From assembly GCA_038207085.1 (NCBI GenBank), contig JBBRAE010000033.1, positions 1-26,722 of the forward strand: a stretch of DNA of 26,722 bases, read 5' to 3'. The notes below the pieces were generated by a model that saw nothing but the letters and a program-made list of their open reading frames with translations, did not search any database and had not been told where the DNA came from. This document shows, piece after piece, positions 18,582-26,722 of this stretch. Position 1 is the stretch's first letter, and every line of letters begins with the position of its first letter. Position numbers and translations under genes: made by a program. This DNA is from Armatimonadota bacterium. Its GTDB lineage: Bacteria > Armatimonadota > UBA5829 > DTLH01.

Positions 18582-19034
18582 TTGGAACCTAAGATCGTCG
18601 AAAAGGCAAGCTTTAACATCGTGGGGATGCAGTATGTGGGGGAGAACAAAAGCGGGGAAATCCCGGCGCTTTGGGGGATGATGATGCCCGTCGCGAGCAA
18701 GCACGTCAGGGTGGAGGGGACCTGTTGGTACGGGGTTTGCGAGTGCATCGGGCATGAGTCGGCTTTTTCGTATGTTGCGGGCTACGAGGTTCCTGATCTT
18801 GGGATGATACCCCCGGGGCTTATCGGCAAGAGCGTTGCGGCGGGGAAGTTTGCGGTGTTTACCCATCGCGGGCTGCTTTCGGAGCTTCAGGCGACTTGGG
18901 GAAAGATCTACTCAGAATGGCTCCCGGCCTCAGGGCTTGAGAGAGCCGACGGGCCGGACTTGGAGCTGTACGACGAGCGATTCAAGCACGACAGCGCTGA
19001 CTCCGAGCTCGATATCTACATACCGGTCAAATAG
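18582..19034 (+). CDS. GyrI-like effector-binding domain protein
   Basis: PKIVEK...GEIPALW...GKFAVFTHRG...IYSEWLPASG...DLELYDERF...DIYIPVK; TTG start after GGAGGG. Confidence 0.9.
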   Translation: MEPKIVEKASFNIVGMQYVGENKSGEIPALWGMMMPVASKHVRVEGTCWYGVCECIGHESAFSYVAGYEVPDLGMIPPGLIGKSVAAGKFAVFTHRGLLSELQATWGKIYSEWLPASGLERADGPDLELYDERFKHDSADSELDIYIPVK

Positions 19035-19043
19035 GACTCGCCC

Positions 19044-19074
19044 AAAAGGGGCCGGAGGCTTCACCTTCGGCCCC
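19044..19074 (-). terminator. Rho-independent terminator of the small ORF
   Basis: Minus strand GGGGCCGAAGG-TGAAG-CCTCCGGCCCC-TTTT, just after the TAG at 19082. Confidence 0.7.
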
Positions 19075-19081
19075 GAGTTCA

Positions 19082-19213
19082 CTACCTCGCCCAAAGCGCG
19101 CTCACCAAAAGGCCCAACAGGCCGACCAAGCCAATCGCAAGCACCACTGAACACGGCAGACAGCAGCAGAACACGTGCGGCCCACCGCCGGGGTTTTGTC
19201 TGAAGATTACCAC
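19082..19213 (-). CDS. Unannotated 43-aa single-TM peptide with a CCCLPC cluster
   Basis: GAGGAGG RBS 6 nt before GTG; MVIFRQNPGGGPHVFCCCLPCSVVLAIGLVGLLGLLVSALWAR*; followed by a terminator. Confidence 0.7.
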   Translation of the reverse strand: MVIFRQNPGGGPHVFCCCLPCSVVLAIGLVGLLGLLVSALWAR

Positions 19214-19564
19214 AGCTCGCCTCCTCGCCTAAACTCCTCTATGGCTGTCTATTACCCCCAATCGCCCAAGAACCCTCACAATGTACGTGAGAACGGACGC
19301 CCGGGGTGGAAGTGGGCGTCCGTTCTCTAGTCGGCACCGGATATTTAGTTGTAGATTTCCAGGTTTATCGCATCCGCAGGTCAGAAGCGCACCTCCTTTC
19401 CGCTCAAACAAACGCAAAAACGGACCGGCGGGTACAAACAATGATTGCCAGCGCTGCCAAGAAAAGTCCGCGCCATCGTCAAGGCGTGGTGGGTCCTGAG
19501 AGCCCCCGTCAAACCAGTGCGCGACTTCGTCTCGCCGCGCCCTGATGATGAGGCGGACCTCTAC

Positions 19565-19648
19565 TTTCGGCAGCCTGGCAACCATAGGATTCTCCCGTAG
19601 GCCCGTTGGCTTTGCGTCCCCGCCTTTCGACGGGTTTGCCATTTATCG
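19565..19648 (-). ncRNA. Cyclic-di-GMP-I (GEMM) riboswitch
   Basis: Minus strand GGCAAACCCGTC-GAAA-GGCGGGGACGCAAAGCCAACGGGCCTAC...ATGGTTGCCAGGCTGCCGAA matches the GEMM-I consensus. Confidence 0.9.
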
Positions 19649-19770
19649 TTGTAGTTGGTTCTTACAATAGAGTTATGCCTCGTATGGAAGAGTTGCTGAG
19701 CTGGGAGTAATGCGGGAATTTGTTGGGGAGTGCACGGCAGATATTTTCGGCTCACGGGAACAATCACCAA

Positions 19771-19811
19771 GCCTCGGCAGTCTATGCAGGTAGAACATAG
19801 ACATTCGAGGT
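19771..19811. promoter_or_regulatory. Candidate PadR operator pair
   Basis: CCTCG-N3-GTCTATG-like site and its inverted copy CATAGAC-ATT-CGAGG directly upstream of padR. Confidence 0.5.
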
Positions 19812-19830
19812 AATACCAAGAGGTGACACT

Positions 19831-20166
19831 ATGGCGTTTAACACGGAACTTGTCGGAAGCACAGTCGAGATGCTGGTGATGAAGCTTTTATCGGAGCGGG
19901 CGATGTATGGCTATGAGATCATCCAGGTCGTCAACCAGCGCACGGAGGGAGCGTTCAACTGGAAGGAAGGGACTCTCTACCCCGTGCTCCACAGGCTGGA
20001 GGGCGATGGGCTGCTCGCCAGCGAATGGCAGACCGGGGACACGGGCAAGAAGCGCAAGTACTACAAGCTCACAAGCCGGGGGCTCGCCCACGCGGAGGAG
20101 AAAGCTTCGCAGTGGCGCGTGTTCTCCCGATCGGTAAACTCGGTGCTCTGCGAGACTGCGGGTTAG
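19831..20166 (+). CDS. PadR family transcriptional regulator
   Basis: MYGYEIIQ, KEGTLYPVLHRLE and RKYYKLTSRG motifs. Confidence 0.93.
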   Translation: MAFNTELVGSTVEMLVMKLLSERAMYGYEIIQVVNQRTEGAFNWKEGTLYPVLHRLEGDGLLASEWQTGDTGKKRKYYKLTSRGLAHAEEKASQWRVFSRSVNSVLCETAG

Positions 20167-20181
20167 AAAGGTCGGGGACTT

Positions 20182-22338
20182 ATGGAAGACCGAAACTTTG
20201 AGAAACTGGCCTCTGAGGCAGCGGCGGGGCTTGCCAAGGACCCGGAGCTGTATCTGGACGTAAAGCAGGAGCTTGAATCCCATCTGGAGGAGACCGCGGA
20301 TCGCTTCCTGGGGGCTGGCAACGACACGGAGGCCAGCGCCGAGCTTGCAGAAAAGGCCTTTGGCTCACCGCTCGACGTCGCAGCCGAACTGCTTGCGGCA
20401 AACAAGCGCAGGATGAGGCTTCGCGCGCTCATTCGGCTCGCGCTTGGGGCGCTGGTGATCCCGGTCGCGGTGCTCCTGGCGGTCTATATGGGCTACGGCA
20501 GAATGGCGCGGGCGCAGTCGAACCTGGCGACGATGACGGCACTGATTGGTGCAGGTGAACCCCGGGTGAAGCTGCCGGAGCCACCTTTTGCTTCCAGGTT
20601 GTTTGCTCGTCCTGGGGCTTCAGACCCAGTTCTGAAGGTGTTTACCGATGGGATTGACAAGCCTGAAAGGATACGGGCGTACTGGCTGGCGCACCAAGAT
20701 GAACGGGGTTCGGAGATGTTCTACGCCTACTACACGGTTACGCTCTGCCATCACTATCAAAACAAGGACAAAGGCGAATATCCCGAATACGTCCGGGGGC
20801 TTCGGGATGGTGAGAAAGTCGAGCCGCAGAACGCACTCTACAACGTGCTCCTTGCAGACTATTACCTCATGCGCGGGCTTCGCGAGATGCCTGCGAACGT
20901 CAAAAAACAGTAGGCTTACAAATTGGCAGACCGCCGCATGTTCGACCTCGGAGTCGCCGAAGTGCTGAAGACCTCGAAAAAGCCGTACATTCGGACTTAT
21001 CAGCCGGAGATTATGAGGATCAAGCTGAACGCGCTGCCTCCCCCGGTGCTAATGGAGGACTACATTCAGCGAATAGCAGTAACGGCCGTTGAGCTCTTCC
21101 CACAGCTTTCCAGGTATCGCGACGTAGCGCGCAGAACGGTTGGAAGCGCAAAACTACTGCACTCTGAAGGTCGAAACGCCGAGGCTGAAGCGGTGCTGGA
21201 CACGTGGAGGCCGTATGCCAAGCAACTTGCAGGGACTAACAAGACCTATTTAATCCACCAACTGGTAGCTTTGATGGCCACGAAGATACTGACCAAAGAA
21301 GGCGTCGCAGTCTACAACGATCTGGGGGCCCACGACAAAGCCATGGACGCAGATGCGACCTATAAACAGCTTATGGCGATCAAAGACTACCTAGAGGCGC
21401 GCAAACGCAACCCAGGGACCGACACTGTCCTGCGCAACAACTCGTCCGCACTTTCGTCAATACTCGTGCCGATATTCCCGGGCGTCAAGCCGCCGACGAT
21501 AGAGGAACTGAAGCCCGGACGGATGCAGGAGCATGTGATAGCCGAAGAAGTCGCTGTACAGGGGCTTATCATCGTCCTGATGCTTGCTCTTTTGGGCACG
21601 GTGTTTCAGGGGACGGTGTGGTCCTTCCGGCTGCGGCGCGCTGGGTCCGCATCGATCCTGCTGCTGCCCCCCACAAAGGTCGTGGCAAAGTCCATCCTGC
21701 TCGGCGCAGTGCTTCCGATGCTTATCTATTGGGTTTACTCAAGAATTCCCATCGTTGGCGGGAGAGAGTTTGGTTTGAGTAGCTATATGTCGCCGAGGTT
21801 CATGACTGAGATGCTCGTGACCGCGTTTGTCGCGCTGTGGCTCCCCTCACATATCATCCGGGGATACATCCGAAGGCGTTGCTCGGAGCTAGATATCCCA
21901 ATGCCCGACGCGCGCCGTGAGCGGACGATCAGTCGGCGGGTCCGAGGCGCGGTGATCGCGGGGATTGTGCTTGTGGCGGCTGTGTTCTTTGTGCCAACAC
22001 TCACTTCGCCAATCGTTACCACCGCGGGAGTGCTGCTTGCTGTTCTACTTGTGGCGGCTGCTGTTGGGCATGCCGGGCGCATGCGCCGAGACTACGGGCT
22101 TTACTTCGGCACGCTCGCGCGGTCGAGCGCCCCTGTCTATGCATTTTTGATCATCCTGTTTTCCGTAGTGGTGCAGCCGCTCCAGATGCAGAGCGAAGCG
22201 ATCTGGCTGAGGCGGGACACGGTCATGTTCGGTCAATTGCTCGATCGCTCAAGCAAGACAGCGGGATACACCAGGATCGAAAATGAGGCATCAGAGATGT
22301 ATCAGAGGATGATTCTCAATGCGCTGAAACACGACTGA
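20182..22338 (+). pseudogene. Permease-prefix-domain membrane protein interrupted by one in-frame TAG (20911-20913)
   Basis: ORFs 20182-20913 and 20923-22338 are in the same frame, joined as KQ*AYKLADRR. N-terminal ELESHLEE...AFGSP...ELLAA permease-prefix motif; several C-terminal TM helices. Confidence 0.7.
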
Positions 22339-22555
22339 CAAGCGACAACAAGATGCTTCGGTCCAAGACTACTGGGCCGAAGCATCTGGTATGTTCACTT
22401 GTTACTTTGCACTTTCGACTCGAAACACATCCACCTCGTGCCCGCCAGAAGTCGCCTGGTAGGGAGCGATCCACTGCCGTGCCATCTCCTGAAACTCGGG
22501 TGCGAGGCTTCGTAGAATTCTCTACTCAAGCCACAATATTCAGGTTAATCCGACA

Positions 22556-22636
22556 CTAGCCTGCATTATTCACGAGGAGCGTGAATAATGCTTTGCTAGC
22601 GAGAGCTTTATTCGCTTCACGAATAAAGCGGGCTAG
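22556..22636. repeat. REP doublet (REPIN/BIME-like), copy 2
   Basis: Reverse complement of 13638-13716 with few differences; its end overlaps the lpdA stop codon. Confidence 0.8.
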
Positions 22637-24051
22637 GGTTTGTGAAGCGCCATATCGACCGTGTCGAGCATCGCCTCATGCACGACCTCGGAGAGCGTCG
22701 GGTGCGGGTGGATGCACGCGGCGAGGTCGTCTACCGTAAGCTCGCTCTGGATCGCGACTACCGCTTCGGCGATCATATCGGTCGCATGCGGGCCGATGAT
22801 GTGGACGCCGAGGATCTCGCCGTACTTGGTGTCGGTGATAACTTTCGCGAACCCCTCGCGCTCACCCATCCCCATCGCCTTGCCGTTGATGTTGAAGGGG
22901 AACTTGCCGATTCTGATGTTGTCGCCAAACTTCTCTCTCGCCTGCTCTTCGGTGAGCCCGACCGAGCCGACTTCGGGGTGGGTGAACACCACTCCAGGGA
23001 ACGCCTTGTAGTCGACCCGCTCGTCGTGCCCGAGGATGTTCGAGACCGCGACGATCGCCTCGTGGAAGGCGGTGTGGGCGAGCATCGGGTCGCCGATGCA
23101 GTCGCCGATCGCGTAGATGCCGGGGACGTTTGTCCGCATGTGGTCGTCAACGAGGACTCTGCCGCGCTCGGTCGCGACGCCGACATCCTCAAGGCCGATG
23201 CCCGAAGTAAATGGACGCCTGCCTACAGCGACGAGGATCTTTTCGAACTCAAGCTTCTCAAAGCTTCCGTCGGCGTTTTTGATCGTGACAAGCTTGCCTG
23301 CGGCGGTGTCCTCAGCGGCTGTTACGGAGGTATTGGTCCGAATCTTCAGGCCGGACTTCTTCAGGCTCTTTTCAAGCTCGCCCGCGATCTCCCGGTCCAT
23401 CGTGCCTGCGATGTTTGGAAGCATCTCAACGACCGTCACGTCCGAGCCAAGCCGGGCGAACGTGTAGCCGAACTCAAGGCCGACGTATCCGCCGCCGACT
23501 ACCAAAAGACTCTTGGGAACGCTTGTTGCCGCGAGCACCTCGGTGTTGGTCCAGACCTTCTCACCGACTTCAAAACCGGGCATCGGCAGAAGCGCGGGGA
23601 CTGAACCCGTGGCGATGATGATGTTTTTCGCGGTGATTCGCTCGGTTTTCCCGGAGTCGGTCGTGACTTCGACGGTGTGGGCATCGACGAGCTTGCCGGT
23701 CCCCTGGATTTGGCGCACACCAGAGCCCTTCAGAAGCGAGCCGACGCCGTTTCGAAGCTGGGTGACTATCTTGTCCTTGCGGGAGACGATCTTGGGGTAG
23801 TCGACCGAGTAATCACTGACGCTTATGCCGAAATCGGCCGCGCGCTTGATGTTGTCGATGATCTCCACCGTCGAAAGAAGCGCCTTTGTAGGGATGCACC
23901 CGACGTTAAGGCATGTGCCGCCGATGTGGTTTTTCTCGACGATAACCGTGCGGGCGCCGAGCCGTCCCGCCCTGATAGCTCCGACGTATCCGCCGGGGCC
24001 CGCGCCGATAAACAGAATATCCGCGTCATAATTTCCGCTGCCAGCCAACAT
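22633..24051 (-). CDS. lpdA: Dihydrolipoyl dehydrogenase
   Basis: GAGPGGY, GGTCLNVGCIPTK redox disulfide and HPHPTLSE motifs. Start reassigned to ATG 24051 after GAGG. Confidence 0.95.
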   Translation of the reverse strand: MLAGSGNYDADILFIGAGPGGYVGAIRAGRLGARTVIVEKNHIGGTCLNVGCIPTKALLSTVEIIDNIKRAADFGISVSDYSVDYPKIVSRKDKIVTQLRNGVGSLLKGSGVRQIQGTGKLVDAHTVEVTTDSGKTERITAKNIIIATGSVPALLPMPGFEVGEKVWTNTEVLAATSVPKSLLVVGGGYVGLEFGYTFARLGSDVTVVEMLPNIAGTMDREIAGELEKSLKKSGLKIRTNTSVTAAEDTAAGKLVTIKNADGSFEKLEFEKILVAVGRRPFTSGIGLEDVGVATERGRVLVDDHMRTNVPGIYAIGDCIGDPMLAHTAFHEAIVAVSNILGHDERVDYKAFPGVVFTHPEVGSVGLTEEQAREKFGDNIRIGKFPFNINGKAMGMGEREGFAKVITDTKYGEILGVHIIGPHATDMIAEAVVAIQSELTVDDLAACIHPHPTLSEVVHEAMLDTVDMALHKP

Positions 24052-24754
24052 TTCCAGAACCTCACTTTGTAGACGATCGCCTGGCTCCAAGCCAAGCCTT
24101 GTTATTGAATCCAGAAGCGACGAGGACACCTCGAAGCCAGCGGGCAACACAGCGCCGATACTTCTGGTAAGTCTATAACTCAAAATACCATCTCCCCCGA
24201 ACAAAACTATGGGTGCGCTCCTCAAAAGCCAGCGCACACTCACTTCATTATATATCACAACGCGCATGCACTGTCAAACCGCGCCGACTATTTTCACGCT
24301 CACACGCGCCTACCGGCAGCACACGCTCGATAGAATCGCCAGCAAGGGCTTTGGGGCGCCGGTGAGTATCAAACCCAGGACAACTTTATGGGGTGGCAGC
24401 GCACTCAGTTCGACAGCTTCATCTATGAACAGTAGACAGTGGACTTGGACGGCAGACGCCGGTCCGATAGGAAGCAACCCGGAGTACGTTCGTAAAGTGA
24501 ACGTGAGCGTGGCGATGTACTACACTGCGGTCCCGGTGCCGGCCTGACGGCATAGCACTGATCCTCAGCATCATCAAGCAGTAGCCGTTCTTATCCCTGT
24601 GGCCGGGATGGTAGGTTCCGGCCACAGGGGACCGAGTGCAACCTCGTCTATTTCCTTGACATCAGCGGCGGTGTGGTCTACTATTTAAGGAGCCCAAGCC
24701 TGAGGATGGGCATAACTCTCCAGCAGAACACAAAGTTTCAGGGAAGGGACTACG

Positions 24755-25117
24755 ATGGCAGGACGACTGAGGCCCAAAGAGCGCAGGCGGCGCAGGAAAA
24801 AGTCTGCGATTCTGGCAAAGCTCGCAGTAATCGTTGCACTGTCGTGCGCGGCGTTGGTGGTGTTCGCCATCGGAAACAAGATCGTGCGTCCGTTCCGGCT
24901 GTGGTTTGTCGAAAAGCAGTCCGTGAACCAACTGCAGACCAAGCTCGCCGAGCTCAAGCACGAGAACATCGAGCTGCAGGCCAAGCGCGAGTATCTAAAA
25001 AGCGCCGCCGGTGCGGAAAACGAAGCCCGACGCCTGGGTTACGTAAGCCCGGGTGAGGTCGCTGTGGTAATCGAGACGTCAAAACCCAAAGCTCCCGCGC
25101 AAAAGCCCCGAAATTAG
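24755..25117 (+). CDS. Septum formation initiator (FtsB/DivIC family)
   Basis: Basic N-terminus, single TM, coiled coil, and ENEARRLGYVSPGEV motif. Confidence 0.85.
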   Translation: MAGRLRPKERRRRRKKSAILAKLAVIVALSCAALVVFAIGNKIVRPFRLWFVEKQSVNQLQTKLAELKHENIELQAKREYLKSAAGAENEARRLGYVSPGEVAVVIETSKPKAPAQKPRN

Positions 25118-25139
25118 CTACCAAAGGCAGAAACCCCGC

Positions 25140-25168
25140 TTGCGAACGGCCTTGGATTGTGGTATATT
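25140..25168 (+). promoter_or_regulatory. tRNA promoter
   Basis: TTGCGA-N17-TATATT with a TG extension, 12 nt before the tRNA. Confidence 0.65.
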
Positions 25169-25180
25169 TTGTAGTGATGC

Positions 25181-25255
25181 GGGCCCATAGCTCAGCGGTA
25201 GAGCGGGCGGCTCATAACCGCTTGGTCCCTGGTTCGAATCCGGGTGGGCCCACCA
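25181..25255 (+). tRNA. tRNA with CAT anticodon, most likely tRNA-Ile2 (lysidine)
   Basis: GGGCCCA acceptor stem, AGCTCAG D-arm, CTCATAA anticodon loop, GGTTCGAATCC T-arm and encoded CCA. Resembles ileX-type tRNAs rather than initiator Met. Confidence 0.93.
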
Positions 25256-25739
25256 TCAACTAGAGGAAACCTTTTTTCTATGCAAATCGACCCTGCCGGA
25301 CTTCCGGCGGGGTTCTCGCGCATTTACGAGAGGGAATCTGGCTCTTATCGGGTGTTATCGGCAGTCTATCTTGTGGCCGAGGTTTGCCCTGAGAACCCAC
25401 ATTGGGGGACATTTTCTCTCTGTTTGGCGGGTTTTCTCTGAATCTTGTGGTCGAAGGGCAAGTTCGACCACAAGACCACCAGCGACTGATCTCGTCGGGC
25501 CAAGCTTATGTGCTCGCCAGACTGGAGGCTCGTATGGATCGGCGTTCTGTCGAGTGATAGGGTGCGACTGCGGGAACTCAGTCCGGTGATAAGCGTAAGA
25601 CTTATCGAAACCGGCGTTCCCGCAGAATGCAAACCCTGGGTTTTTCGTCGTTTTGAGCGTGGAGTTCGTGCTCAGCAGGATAAGAACGGTCACTTGCCGA
25701 ACACTGTAGTGACGGCGGATGTTGCATTGTTTTTGGAGT

Positions 25740-25760
25740 AAAAAGGGCTCCGTCCCCTTT
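25740..25760 (+). repeat. Solo REP end of the mini-RAYT family
   Basis: AAAGGGCTCCGTCCCCTTT versus AAAGGGCTCAGTCCCCTTA at the element ends. Confidence 0.7.
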
Positions 25761-25766
25761 CTCCCT

Positions 25767-26033
25767 CAGAAGATGCTCGACCAGGCAAAGAGGACTTATA
25801 AGGAATGTTTGAAGGATGCCGGTAAGGATGCACAAGCTTGCTTCGACAAGTGCGATCTGATGGCTTGGGTTCCGGGGTTTGCACCTCTTGGATATGCTGC
25901 CTGTTATGAAGGGTGTTCCTACGCCTTCACATACAGGTGGAATGTATGCACCAACTCGTGGAACAAGAGCATGAAGAACGCCGACGAGTGGCTCGACTGG
26001 TGTCTGAAGAAATGCAAGAAAAAGAAGAGGTAA
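25767..26033 (+). pseudogene. N-terminally truncated Cys-rich helical-hairpin domain; candidate orphan Rhs toxin tip
   Basis: Begins right after the REP with no RBS; has 8 Cys, six of them mirror-symmetric; tightly followed by a small membrane gene. Confidence 0.5.
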
Positions 26034-26037
26034 GCCG

Positions 26038-26511
26038 ATGGATTCAAGAGTTCTCTACCCACCTAGAGATTTTATGCCAACATCAGCAGTATGGGGTTTC
26101 TGGGTTGCAGCGTGGATGGCTTCAAGGAACTGGGCAATGATGGGGCAGCAAACACGTGGCCGTCGGCTGCTATTCACCGCAGTTGTCGCCCAGATGGTCC
26201 TCTGGTTGTTGTTTATCACTGGTATACACCTCGCCTGCTCGATCTTCGGAGGTGCTTCCGGTGAGGTGATCTGGACATGGCCCCCAATTGCTACAAGAAT
26301 GCTAATAGCAGGCTTGATGATGATTGTCAATGGGGCAGTTGGCTATGGGTTGTACAGGAGTCAGTCGGAAGCAGTATCGGCTTGGACATCAACTCAACCC
26401 ACGCCATCGGTATCCAGCCCTTATGTTTCATGGCAGTTCTCAATAATGGTCATCTCTGCCACTTTGATAATCGCTCTTGTCTTCTTGGCTTTGGTATTGA
26501 GTGTCCGTTAG
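26038..26511 (+). CDS. Multi-pass membrane protein; candidate immunity protein
   Basis: 3-4 hydrophobic segments; GAGG RBS overlapping the end of the upstream ORF; AT-richer than the core genes. Confidence 0.65.
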   Translation: MDSRVLYPPRDFMPTSAVWGFWVAAWMASRNWAMMGQQTRGRRLLFTAVVAQMVLWLLFITGIHLACSIFGGASGEVIWTWPPIATRMLIAGLMMIVNGAVGYGLYRSQSEAVSAWTSTQPTPSVSSPYVSWQFSIMVISATLIIALVFLALVLSVR

Positions 26512-26581
26512 GTATTGATGATGCAAGATTATACCTGTAGCTTGTAAGAACCACATCCGGGCCAGTAATAGCCCATCTATT

Positions 26582-26720
26582 GGGGAATAAAGGGACTGAG
26601 CCCTTTATTGGCAAAAGATCCAGCAGATTGTATACTGCTGCCATGCTAAGAGTAGCGCGATCGGTAGTTGAAGAGGCCGACCGCGAAAGGCTTAACAAAG
26701 GGCTCAGTCCCCTTATTTTC
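26582..26720 (+). mobile_element. Mini-RAYT / REP-flanked non-autonomous element, copy 2
   Basis: Same TIRs as copy 1. TTGGCA-N17-TATACT promoter; ATG at 26643 (MLRVARSVVE); RGRPRKA* at 26672-26695. Confidence 0.75.
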
Positions 26721-26722
26721 AG

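Noticed and set aside
19229..19642. 137-aa minus-strand ORF
   Set aside because: It starts inside the c-di-GMP aptamer, has no RBS and crosses a long hairpin; likely spurious.
20911..20913. Genome-wide TAG reassignment
   Set aside because: Conserved genes here (purA, argH, selB, lpdA) end at TAG at their expected C-termini.
25256..25740. Integrase or att duplication after the tRNA
   Set aside because: No integrase-like frame and no repeat of the tRNA 3' end is visible in the window.
878..26720. Composite transposon or island bounded by the two inverted mini-RAYT copies
   Set aside because: The interior is core housekeeping content (purA, argH, lepA, lpdA, tRNA) with no transposase or integrase; independent insertions are more likely.

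Overview
GC-rich bacterial chromosomal segment. Gene style and repeat types suggest Armatimonadota or a similar lineage; this is tentative. The core holds mostly housekeeping and metabolic genes: a SagB-type nitroreductase, an SDR, purA, a DUF3795-like protein, argH, a GNAT, a sugar isomerase, selB, a fluoride riboswitch with crcB, lepA, a LolA-like protein, an AhpD/CMD protein, a GH65 phosphorylase with pgmB, a GyrI-like protein, PadR plus a permease-prefix membrane protein split by an in-frame TAG, lpdA, an FtsB-like protein and tRNA-Ile2(CAU). Both ends are AT-richer and carry near-identical inverted copies of a ~140-bp element that looks like an internally deleted RAYT (REP-associated tyrosine transposase) gene between REP-like inverted repeats. 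Next to each copy, REP-like palindromes bound Rhs-type fragments: a YD-repeat fragment on the left, and a truncated Cys-symmetric toxin-like tip with a candidate immunity gene on the right. This suggests REP/RAYT-linked shuffling of polymorphic-toxin pieces. Other notable items are a c-di-GMP-I riboswitch upstream of an unannotated 43-aa Cys-cluster membrane peptide, a MITE with a 9-bp target-site duplication, several other repeat families, a heptamer array between the argH Shine-Dalgarno and its start codon, a sigma54 promoter and a LexA-like box.
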